Shown here one piece after another: positions 12,401 to 24,400 of a stretch of 64,000 nucleotides of DNA. Each line of letters starts with the position of its first letter. Positions within the stretch are counted from its first letter, which is position 1. The translations under genes were made by a program, and so were the position numbers. Source of the stretch: Paraspadella gotoi (Eukaryota; Animalia; Chaetognatha); contig CM119263.1 of assembly GCA_051294375.1 (NCBI GenBank), forward strand, positions 9,850,432-9,914,431. The letters are read 5' to 3'. Below the pieces are notes generated by a model. The model was not told where the DNA came from. It was given only the letters and a program-made list of their open reading frames with translations, and did no database searches.

Positions 12401-15400
12401 ATATGATAATAGCGATTTATTGATGTGATGATAATCATTTAATGATTCAATGATAATAATTTATTGATGCGATGATTGTCATTCATTGAAGCAATAGTTA
12501 TTCATAGAATCAATCAATCAATCAATCAATCAAATGGCAATGAAAAAATTCCTGCATTAGGTTTTTTAAAACTTTCCATCATGTTAAAGTTAATCATAAC
12601 AAATTTCTTAGTAAATCAATAAAAGGATTTATCAATTAATCATTCAATCAACTGAGCAATCAGCCAATCAATCATCAGAGAGAGAGAGGGAGAAAGAGTG
12701 AAACTTTAAAAAAAATTTCAAATGAATTTGACTCGTTTTTTCTATTTCCGCTCGCTCGATTTTACCAAAATTTTATGTCCAGCACACATTTTCCTACTAA
12801 CACACAAAATTTCATCTCAATCAATAATTGCCAATAATCAATAATTAATCAATAGTAATTTGAATAATTGTGAGTAAATATAATTAAAAAAAATCAAATA
12901 AATATAACTTTTATTTTTTTCCATTTAAACTCATTTCCACTCACACGATTCCATCAAAACGATCGTAGTCTTTTAGTTAATGATTTCTGAACTTAAATAA
13001 TTTCTATCTCTTTTGATCTCAGTGATTAGTATGAAGTTTATTAAAAAAAAGGTTTGCTATGGTTATCTCATTCTTATTATTATCTAGTACTGTTCAGTTA
13101 AATTTCTACGAGTTAAAAATACGGTAAGACATGATTTATTCGGTAATTGAAAGTATGAATGAATTTTTATGGTACCAACAACTTTTAAAGATCAAATTCC
13201 TCCTTTGAATTTTTGCAGCTTTTATTTACACAAAACTTTTCAAGCAAGACGCCACATTATCTGATACAATTTTTTTCCCTTTCATACCGTTTCCCTGATT
13301 CTTTTTCTTCATCTCTTTTCTTCTCTGTGTTTCTATTTTTATCTTCCTTTTCCTCCCCTACTTTACACGCAGTAACTTACCTTTTCTACGACCCTACCTT
13401 TCTCTGCCACTTTCTTTATCCTTTTTTCTCGCCTTCTCTTTCTTTTCCCCTCTTTTTCCCCCCTCTTTTTCTTTCCATTTTTCCCTTCTTTTTCCGCCTT
13501 TCCTTTATCTCCCTATTTTTTTCCCCTTTGCCTTCTTTTTTATGCTTTTCCCCCCTTTCTCATTTTCTCCCCTTCACTATGATCGAAGTGAACGTTAAAA
13601 TCGGAAAAATTATACAATGGAATATTCGGATAGCTTAACCAGAGTAAGTTTATTAAGCAAGTGGCAGGAAATCTGGAGAAAGCGATGCCCTTTTATTCTC
13701 ATAAAATTTAGATTGATAGAATCATTTGTTTTTCATCAAATATCTTGCCGTGCTCTTCCACGCGATTAGCTGTTATGTAAGCTAACGAACGAGCGTGTTT
13801 CAGTTTAATCTTTCACCACTTGTCACAAGTCTTTTATACTTAATTCAAACACGTGTAAAAATGAAATGGAAAATACTTTAAATAATGTTTTGTAATACTT
13901 TACTGCCAATGTTTTATTCTCTATTCTGGAACCCAAATTGAAGGATAGTTACATTGGAATTATATTGATTGCACTTAGGTTATATATGTTACTAATAAGT
14001 TTATGTTTATTTAGTATTAATTTAACATTGTATATTTTTATAGTTTTTCTTCTTCCATCCATCCATCTACCCTTGGTTCCTTGCTTATTGTCTACTTACA
14101 ATGAATATTTGTATCTGAGATTGGAAATTGTGTTATCTCAAAATGTGGTTACTATTTCTGCTTTATTACATGGTTCTAAGAATATTAAGTTATAGTTAAG
14201 TGTTACATGTTAGAACTGTTTGGTTTCCAAAGATATTTATTTGAAAGCAGTTGAACACGGATTTGAATTCAACAATTAATTAGGGCACGAATTAAGGCAC
14301 TCTAGAAAAATAGAGATGAAACTTAGTTTTGTTTTATTTGCGATAATCTCGGATTATCTAGATCGCGCGTTAAGAAGCGCTTCAAAATCAATAAAGTCCT
14401 CATTCCTCGCTGAACTGACCCCTTTTCTCGGTCCTGATATCTCGAGATGAAACCCCTTGGCGACGGAGTGCGTCAAAGAAAAAGGCAGCTCCATGTCGTC
14501 AACAAGTTTTTGGTGATGTTCTCGCATCTTTTGGAGAAGATCGTTGAAGTTTTCACGGTAGATGTCAAGAAGGCGATCAACGCCCTCTTTGATAGCGAAG
14601 CACTTTTGAGCACGAAGACGAAGGGATCCTATAAAAATATCGAGTCGCTTACCTCGCATTCGTCACTTTTATTTGCGACGCGAGTATTCACGGAGCAACT
14701 AAGTCACTTTTCGGTTGTTCGGTCAGTATGTCTGTCCTTCGGTCATTCACACTTACGTTAAAAATACATATAATTCGCCTATAGTTGATTGCTCCTTTGT
14801 TACGACAGGAAAAAACCTCATATCTAATGGACTGCTAGCGCCGGCTTCAGGAAATCCTAAAACAATAAGGAATAAAAGACTTTTGATGTCATAAATACAC
14901 AGGCTAAGAAAGTTTTTTAATCATATCATGTTAGTTATATCATGTGATCAAAAGGAAATACACATAAAAATAAAGTCACTGCGGCGCAACACATTGGAAT
15001 CACCATTCTTATCCTCCTGCCACTCAGTATATTTTGTCTCGCGATACATTCTCTCGTTTCTACCCTTCGCAAAATATACCATTATTTTCCCTCTATTTCT
15101 TCACGCCTTCAATACCCCTCAAGCCTATTTACTTTAGACTTTTCCTCAAAAAAAATGTTGGGGGTAAAACTAAAAAAATTGGGAACAAGAACGGTAATTC
15201 CAATGTGTTGTGCCACAGTGACTACTTTTATGTGCATTTCCCTTTGATAACATGATATGACATGACTAAAAAACTTTTTGGATGTATTTATGATTTGCAC
15301 TGCATCAAAATTTCGTCGTTTTTACCTTAGTTTTAGCAATTCTTAAAGCCGGCAGTCCCGTAGGTTTTTTTGTGTCTTAACAAATGAGCTTCCAACTATA

Positions 15401-18400
15401 GGGAAATTATATTAGGGACCAACTCCATAGATAATATAAAATTTCAACTATTAGCAAAGTTTTTTTAGTTTTCTTGACTAAATATTTAAGCAATCATTTT
15501 CGCAAAAAATCTACATTATACGTCTTATACATTAAATATTACTTATATTTTTTCGCATTTTCAAATTTTTTTTTTTGAAATCTTAAATTTTTTAGATGGA
15601 TTCTGATAGAGCATAAAAAGTTAAACATGAAATATAATTACAACTTTTAAAAATTCCTACGTTTTTTAAGTGAAAATATAAAAAACTGGTAAAATAATAT
15701 AAAGATGATGATGATTTTTCATAGTTTTTCTTATTTTTGACTCGCTTATGAAATTTTTTAAAAAAGAATAATACTTTGTGTAGACAACTTTTTATGAGCA
15801 ATCTGAATCTAGTCTTAAAATTTAAATATTAAAAAAAATTTTGGCCTTTCCTATCTAATATCTATAAATAAATATTAAAAAAAAAACTATTTGGGTATAA
15901 AGCCATATAAGAAATTTTTTGTCCATTGAAAATATACTTCATTTGAGCATGTAATCATTCCAAATTTTTGCCGCACTCCATTGAGTGGGGCTACCCCTAA
16001 TTATATACATTTTTAATGGGACAGACCAACGGACAGATATACCGACTGACAGACCGACCAAAAAGGAGGACGACACTAAGAAGGAGAACTAAATCTAAGC
16101 CTGGCAAAATAAAGCTATAAGAGAAAAATCTTAAAAGCATAAGGATCGTCCTAATCGTATAAGAAAAATCTGGATTGACGACAAATTTTGATACTAAAAA
16201 AAAAAAAAATTTTGAGAAAAGAAAATTAATTTATAAACAGAAAGAAAAATTTTATTTTATAAATTAAAGTTACAGTTTCTGAAAAAAAAATCTTAAGAGG
16301 AAAGGTCATTCAGCATAACAATACGTAATCATTGATGTATTAGAGCTAATATATCGAGAAATATATATAGTCATCAGTAATCACAAAAAAATAAGTTTTT
16401 ATTTATATGTAAACATTCTGTTTTCAATCATTTTTTTTAAATGGGTAAATAACAAAATTGTTAAGTTAAATGGGTAAGCACATTTTTTAAAGATTTGTTT
16501 TTCAATCTGGTTGTTAAAAAATTCTAGGCAAGAAGTTAAAACGCGGTATGAGATAATTTAGAACGGGAGATTTAAACAATTAATCTCGTTACTCTGTTGG
16601 TTTTCCAGCATGAACAAAATCTTCAGTTAAATAGATGGTAAAGAAATTCGATCTACAATGAGTCTACACTGAATTTGAAGAGTTGCAGCCTAAACGACTA
16701 AAATAATATTGAATTAAAAATTTTATTAGCAATCTTAAAAACATTTGTAAAAATGTAATAGAGAGACATTTTGATAAACGCGTTCCAGTTAGAAAGAATT
16801 CAGGGTTAAAGTTTAAAAATGTTTCATTTTAAGGATACAAGTTGAAATTTAAAAATGTCTCTATTACATTTTTCTAATTCAGTAATAAAAAATTCATAAA
16901 AAATATCAGATGGATTGGCCTTTTCGTTTGACCTGCAACTCTTCAGATAGGTTTCTTTTATTTTATATTATAATAAAACCGATATAAATGGGGTAGAATG
17001 CATTAAATGTTTAAAGTGAATACATTTTCGGAATCGCCAGGAGCTCAGCTTTCTGAATTCTTTCTTTTTTTGAAGCCTATTTGAAGTTGAATTGAATGAC
17101 CCTTTTTCTAAAAGAAAATTTGAGAAAAGAAAATTAAATTATAAACAAAAGAAAAATTCTATTTTACGATTGTCAATAAAAAAAAATAATAAAGTACAGA
17201 AGAAAATTAAAGTTACAGTTGAAGAGACAGTAATTATTGTTATGTGAAAGTGACAGAACCGTTCAATATAAGCAGTCCCTGAGCTTCGGATCAGGCTGTA
17301 ACACCATGTTACAGGCGGGTTAAGCGCCCCGTCCCTCTTAACTGCCAGACGACCACGGGCTAGAACCCCGGACCTCTGGGTTGGGAGGCGAATGACTTGC
17401 CTCCGGCACCAATGGCCGTTGATGAACGGTTGGTGGATTTTAGTCCACCATACAGTTTCTGAAAAATAGCAAAATGATAACATGCACGAATGCGATGCCT
17501 AATTTTACGAGTTCAATCCTAATTCTTTTTTTTTTTTAATAAAACGCAGAGAGAGAGAGGAGAGAGAAAAGAAAGAAATGAAAAGACAGCAGCAGACGCA
17601 GCAGAAGAAAAAGAATAAGCCCTTGCAAAGCCAGCTGCAGGCTCGTTTTTTTCCCCTTTGATTATGAATCAGTGACTAGGGAAAAGAGAGAGGGAGAGAG
17701 ACATGTAATTAAAAGAGAAAAGAGAGAAAGAAAGAAATATGAAAATAAAAGAGAGAAAATTTGTTTGTTTTGATAAAACGTAAACAAAACATATTTAATA
17801 ACTGTCCAGAATCAATTTTAAGCACATCGATGATGAGAAGCTGTATATAAATTTTCCGCTTCATACACCCAAATTTAATCATAAAAAAGGCGATCTATAA
17901 TTTGGAACGCCGACAACAACGACAACAAAAACCATACAGAAACAAAAAAAAAAAAAAAAAAAAAACAAATCCAGCCAAACCTTTGAGATACTGAGCCTCG
18001 GGCCTGATTTTTTCTGCTATGATTTCATCGAGAGCTCTGAAACCGGGATTTAAAAGGGCCTTCGCAAACTCGTGCCCATAGAGACTTTGGTAGTTACTCA
18101 CAATCTCCTGCAAGGAAATCAAACCATGGAGGATCACAAATAAGGTAAAGATGATCTTAGGACAGAAGTTCCACCTGCAAATCAGAAACCCAATCCAGGA
18201 CGTGTTTGAGGAACACCACCGTAGCAATTCTGTCTTCAGAGCACGAGCCCGACTCCCTCTTCGGTCGCGACACTAGTTTTGTCATCACTGTCTCAACGTC
18301 GTGAAACTTGGACAACACCGCCCTCAACCGCCCCGTCATGTCGACCTTCTCTATCATTTCCTCTACCAAATCAAGGCGACGCTCCAACGCGTCTTCGTCG

Positions 18401-21400
18401 GTCAGGGGCTGAAGAAGTGCTGTTCGCAACAGTTTTCGGCCACCGCGGGTTCGCGGGCGAGCGAGAGCGCCGAAGAGAGTATGCTCTAAGTTCTTAGGAT
18501 CGCGGAGGTTTGAGACAATCTCGAGAACGCGCGCCGAGTGCCAGCCGATAGAGAGGGAGGTTTCGTGGACATTGAAGACCAGTTTAAGGGATTTTTTGGC
18601 GAAGACTAAAATGAAAAAGCTTGGGGTAATTTAAAAGATATGTTTTCAAGGTCGCCCAGAAAATATTTCAGTTTTTACACCACCTCCATCCACCTGAGGA
18701 GCTGACGAATTCCATGTATTTGACTACTGCAGCGGTTGCAGAAAGACAATAGTACTTGTGCTGTAACTCGAGCAAAACCGCTCCGTAGTGTGGGGCACAC
18801 AGCTCCGTGGCGTAATCGAGTCCGCGAGCATCATTAAAGAAGACCCGCTGTACTTGTGTGATCTTTACCTCCGGAAAGGAAGCACTAATAATGCTTGATC
18901 AAAAATCAAGTTTGCATAATAATTAGGTTCCCAAGCCAACACAAGTTTCAATTATAGATTTCAAATTATTATAACTTATATCTGACCTGAAAAGTTGCGT
19001 CATCTTTCCGTTCACATTGACAGTATTTGTAATGAGAATTTCTTTCGGATGAAGCACGTGTAGTTGGGAGACTGTCTTTTGAAAGGAGAGGTTGTCTACA
19101 AACTGGGCTAGGCTTAGTAGCGGACCTACGTAATGGAGATTCAAAAACATGAAAACATAAAAATTGCGGAGAAAGTTAAGGGTTCCGCGTACAATCAGAG
19201 TCGTTTAGACAACGAAATCTGAACTTCAATAATTACCATATTTCTTGATCTCATTGGTTAGTACGAAGCTTTCTTCATTTAAAAAAACAGTAGACTAAAG
19301 TTATCTCTTTCTTATCACTTAGAACTTCCCATGTAAATTTCTATGAGTTAAAAATACGGTAAGACATGATTTCTTCAATGATTGTCAATCTAATCTCATT
19401 AACTTCTTAATTTTAGAAATAAGTATGTTTAAATTTTTATGGTACAGATCATTTTTAAAGATCGAATTCCTTATAAGAATCTTCAAGTATTTTACTTACA
19501 CAAAAGATTTTAGGCAAGACGCCACATTATCTGATACAATTTTTTTCCTTTATACGCTTTTCCTGATTATTTTTCTTCACCTCTTTTCTTATTTTACTTT
19601 ATATTTTCCTCTTCCTTTCTTTTCCCCTTCTTTTTCTTTCCATTTATCCCTCTTATCTCACTTTACAATTGTTTTACTATTTTTTCCCCCATTTGCCTTT
19701 TTTTTTTGCCTTTCGCCCTCTCTTTTATTCTCTCCCTTTCTCTTTTTCTTGTTTTCCATTTGTTTTCAATATGCAATATAAGAAAGGAATTAATGGTAAC
19801 GGAGGTTTTTATTTCAATTATGGTTGCCTAGCAAATTTAGTAAATCGACAGATTTTGCGGAAATTTTTTTCGCAAAATCTGTCGATTCTGAGAAAAAACA
19901 AGTCCTGGCACTTTCCATTGGAATAAAATGATGCGTTTTTTGTTTGTTTTATCAACGTCACTATGTACCTCATCTTTTAAAATTAATAAATGTATTGAAA
20001 ATTTTCTCTTTATCAAAAATAAATGCAAGTCACAAATTAAAAGTTTTTAAAAATTATTTGTAGCTAAACAAAAAAGTTTTTTTGATAATTTTGTAAGTGT
20101 TAAAAGCTTATTCAATAGGCTATATTTTCTGTTAATTTATACCAATTTGATTTATTTTTGTTTAACAAATTATGGTAAAGACTGAAACTGCAACTTTTTG
20201 ACTTGTTAACTTTAAAATTAATTCATAGGCAAACTATAAATGATTTAAGCAAATAAATTTACCCAGGGGTAAAAAAGATAAGAAAGAACGGATTTCCAAA
20301 GTAAAAAATTTTTCTCAACTTTCCTTGGCATTCAAATCAGAAGTTGTGAGTAAAAATAGACAAATATGGACATAATTTTTTTTCCTAAAAGTTGCCAAAA
20401 TGGTACTCTTTTATCATTAGAAATGGATGGAGATGTTTCTAACCAATCCTTTGTTAGGCCAAATTTGTGTTGTGGTACAAAGTTAATCAACATTGTAAGT
20501 AACAACTGAACAATATTGGAAAGAGTCGTTTTTTTCCTAAATGCAACGTTTGTACGCGGAACCTAATATGAAAACTTTGTAAACTAATTCGGAAGCTTTT
20601 ACCTTACTAAGTTACTTAACTATGGAAAGGCTTGGGTGGATTAGGGCCTCCAGCCGCACTATCATAAAAATACAAGGAACTGTGGAGTGTGGACGCAACA
20701 AGTTTCAGAGTAAGAATGAATTTATTATAATATATTATTTTATATTTTGCAATTTACAAAATTCTTTCTCACGAACTTCACTATTATAATATTATTATTA
20801 TTATTATAACAGTCAAAAAGTTCAGATGCTAAGTCTATAACAATGGTATTTACAAGGTCAAAGCTGATGCGATGGTAGTCTTTCATTGATGTGATGATAA
20901 TCATTCATTGATGCGATGATAATCATTCATTGATGCGATGATAATCATTGATGCGATGATAGTCTTTCATTGATGCGATGAAAGTCATTCATTGACGTGA
21001 TTATAGTCATTTATTGACGTGATTATAGTCATTCATTGACGCGATGGGCAGTGATTTCTATCGTGGAATTCACCAAAAAAAACTTTTTGCAATATCGCTA
21101 GAATACTATCAACAAAATTGATTAAATTTGAACCCTAAGACAAAGTGGGCTGGACTACGGATTAATTGAAATCATCTACTGCATTTTGTAATCAAGGATC
21201 AATATCATTTTTGCTATTTATAATAACAAAAATTATGTTCATTTTTGTCCATTTTGACTTTTGTCTTGAGATTTGAACGCCAAGATCGTTGGAAAAAAAT
21301 TGAATGGTCAAAAACTTTTTTACATTTTATTACAATTTGTTAAACGAAAATACTTCAACAGGGTAGAGCAGAGAGGATGTGAAAAAACAAAAAAGTGCCA

Positions 21401-24400
21401 TCTCTGAAACCTATAAAATCTTAAAGTATACCCATGAGACACTTTTGGTGGTCAGTAAAATTCGATAAAGGCAGGTTTTTTTTAAATGGTCATTAAAGTT
21501 TTTTAAATTTTTTTTTAAAAAATTTTAAGTAGTTTATGGAATATGCTTACAATTTGAATGTCTATATGTCTGTCATTATCTACAAAGCATAAGCTTTAAT
21601 TTGAAACCACTCCCAACTTTCTATTACTTTTCGCTATTGAAATATAAATAAAAATTAAATTTTTTTTTTCAAAAGATTAATCAATTAATACCATTGTACA
21701 GATTATTTTTTAAAAATAAAAATACAAATATGTTCTCAAATTACATTTCTACTTATTAGGCTTCAAAATAAGTTTTTTTAATTTAATAATAATTTTAATA
21801 TAAAAAACTTTAAAAAAAAAATAAAAAAATATTTAAAAAAATATTAATATATACTTAATTAAGTATTAAAAGTTAAATCATTATGTTTATTAATATTTTT
21901 ACATATTTGTCTATAATTAATATTTATCAAATATTGAGTGAGTTATTATTATAATATAATTTTATGAATAAATTTTTTGTTGATAAGTAATAAATTATAT
22001 AATTACTTTTTAAAGCTGGATATGATTTTTAATTAAAGTGCTCAACTAATATTATCTGTTATTTTATTTGAGATTAAGTTTTAATTAAATATCACATTTT
22101 TCTTTAAAAAATTAAATTAATTATCTGTATTATTATTTTTATAATAAATTTATATCAATTTTTTTAAATTTGTTTTTAGGGCTAAATAAGTAGAACTGCA
22201 TTTTGAGACCCTATTTGTACTTTTATTTTTAAGAAATAATCGGTTTGAAAGAACTGATTGATTATTAATTTTTTTTTTTTTTTTTGAAATTATGATTTTT
22301 ACTTATAATTCACTAACAAAAAATCGTAAAAAGTTGGGAGAGGTCTCAAATTAAAGCTTATGCTCTGTAGATAATGATAGATGTATAAACATTAAATTGT
22401 AAGCATTTTCACTAAACTATTTAAAAAATTTTATAAAAAAATTTAAAAAACTTTAATGAGCATTTAAAAAAAACCTGCCTTTATCGAATTTTACTGACCT
22501 ACTACATTAAGTGTCTCATGGGTATACTTTAAGATTTTATAGGTTTCAGAGATGGCACTTTTTTTGTTTCTTTCACATCCTCTCTGCCCTACCGTGTCAA
22601 AATGTCTACAATTCTATCAAATATTCCCTACAAATATATTGTATTTTACTATTCTGTTCCCGAGACTATATGATTAAAATATTTTTTGTACTAGTTAATC
22701 ATACTATCTCATATCTAAATATCCTGGTTTGATCACTCAAATAATTTTTCTGTTTTTGAAAGTTATTCCTTATCCTCTTTCATTTTCTCTTACTATCGAT
22801 GTCGAAGGCGGCTATGCCGACCTCGCGACTGGCGCCACCAACGCCACAAACGATGGCAATGACGGCAGAGGGTTCCACAAAATTTGACCTCGAAAAGCTT
22901 GTTGACGGAGTAGCCGGCGAGGAAGCAGAGAAGCGGGGGGTGCGTTTGCGCAGGCCACCGGATGTCAGTGTACTGTCGACCCGACAAGGAGTATCGAAAG
23001 ACAAATCGAATGATGGGGGCTAAAAACATTTACGAAGGAAAAAGAATTAATAATTAATTAAAAAAAAACTGTACAGATTTTTATATAAAATTTACAAGCA
23101 ACAGATACCAATCGATAAGATCAGATAGATAAATTATCATCTCAAAGCCTACTTTTAAATTTGCATAAAATAATTCGCAACGGCAACCATTTACAAAGTC
23201 TTACCGCCGAGGTCTTTTTCAAACTTGAGAAAAACAAGCCCGCCTCGTCATAGTTTGTAGGCTTTGAGTTTGAAAGACATCTGTCCAACGACGGAGACTC
23301 ATATTCAGCACCTCGGTACACGAGTAAATGCTCCTTTATCGGAGCAACGAAAGTCTTATCGCCGAGCGTAGAGACGTCTGGTCCGTAAAGCATCCTGCTG
23401 TTTGGAGGCGCCTTGTTCATCACATCTGATGTCGAATCGCTGGTGTTGCAGCTTCCCTCTCTCTCTCTACAACTCGAAGTGGGCTTAATGAAGAAGACTG
23501 GCGTAAACTCTTGGTGTTCGCTTGTAGTGGAACGATTCGGAACAATCTCCTGAGCCTTTGGAACGATACGAGGGGAATTGCCTCTCAGATACGAACAAGT
23601 CCTAGAAGATTCTGATGGTGGATAGAAGGATAGATCTTCACTCTCTGCTCCAACTTCGAAATTAACCACTTGCGGGCTAAAGTCAAAGAATTTAGGTACG
23701 CATCTGAAAGGCCCGGATGAGGATTTCGCCAAAAACTTATCGTAAGAACCCGTGAAACTGTTGCAGGACTTGGTTCCATCTTTGGATGAACGTGACGCGA
23801 AAAGGGAAGGTTGGTGTTCGAGAACAAATTGAAGCGATCGGCTACGATTTAAATTTTAAGTTAACATTGTCCGGAGAACATGGCATTTTCAAATAATCGG
23901 AGGTCCGAAATTTATAAGAGGATCGTGATAACGTCACGTAAAACGTAGCAAATGCAAACGTAAGGAGATGAAGAAAGGTAATATTTCAAGTTAAAATTGT
24001 AGATTCACTGTTTAGGATCTTCCCGGGTGGTGATTTTTTTTTCTGCTTCTCATGAGCACAAAAGTAAAAAAAAATTTCCCAGAAAAAAAAAAGGTTTTTA
24101 GTCAGATCTACTTATCAGCATATTCCGACTCTATAAAGTATAATGCACTTTGTCGGTCCGTCGGTCCCACCCCAAAATATTGTCGGTAAATCATTATCAT
24201 ATCAGAACCTCGAATTATGATAAATTATGCAAAAAAAAAAATGATGTCCGTCCGTCCGTCCCCCCTTAGCAAAAAACTCCAATTACTTGTGATTGGATGG
24301 ATGGATTGGTATGAAATTTTGTGTGTGGGTAGGAAACTGTGTGATTGAGATGGATATGAAGTTTCGATGGAAACGTGCGAGTGGAAATTGGTTTAAATGG

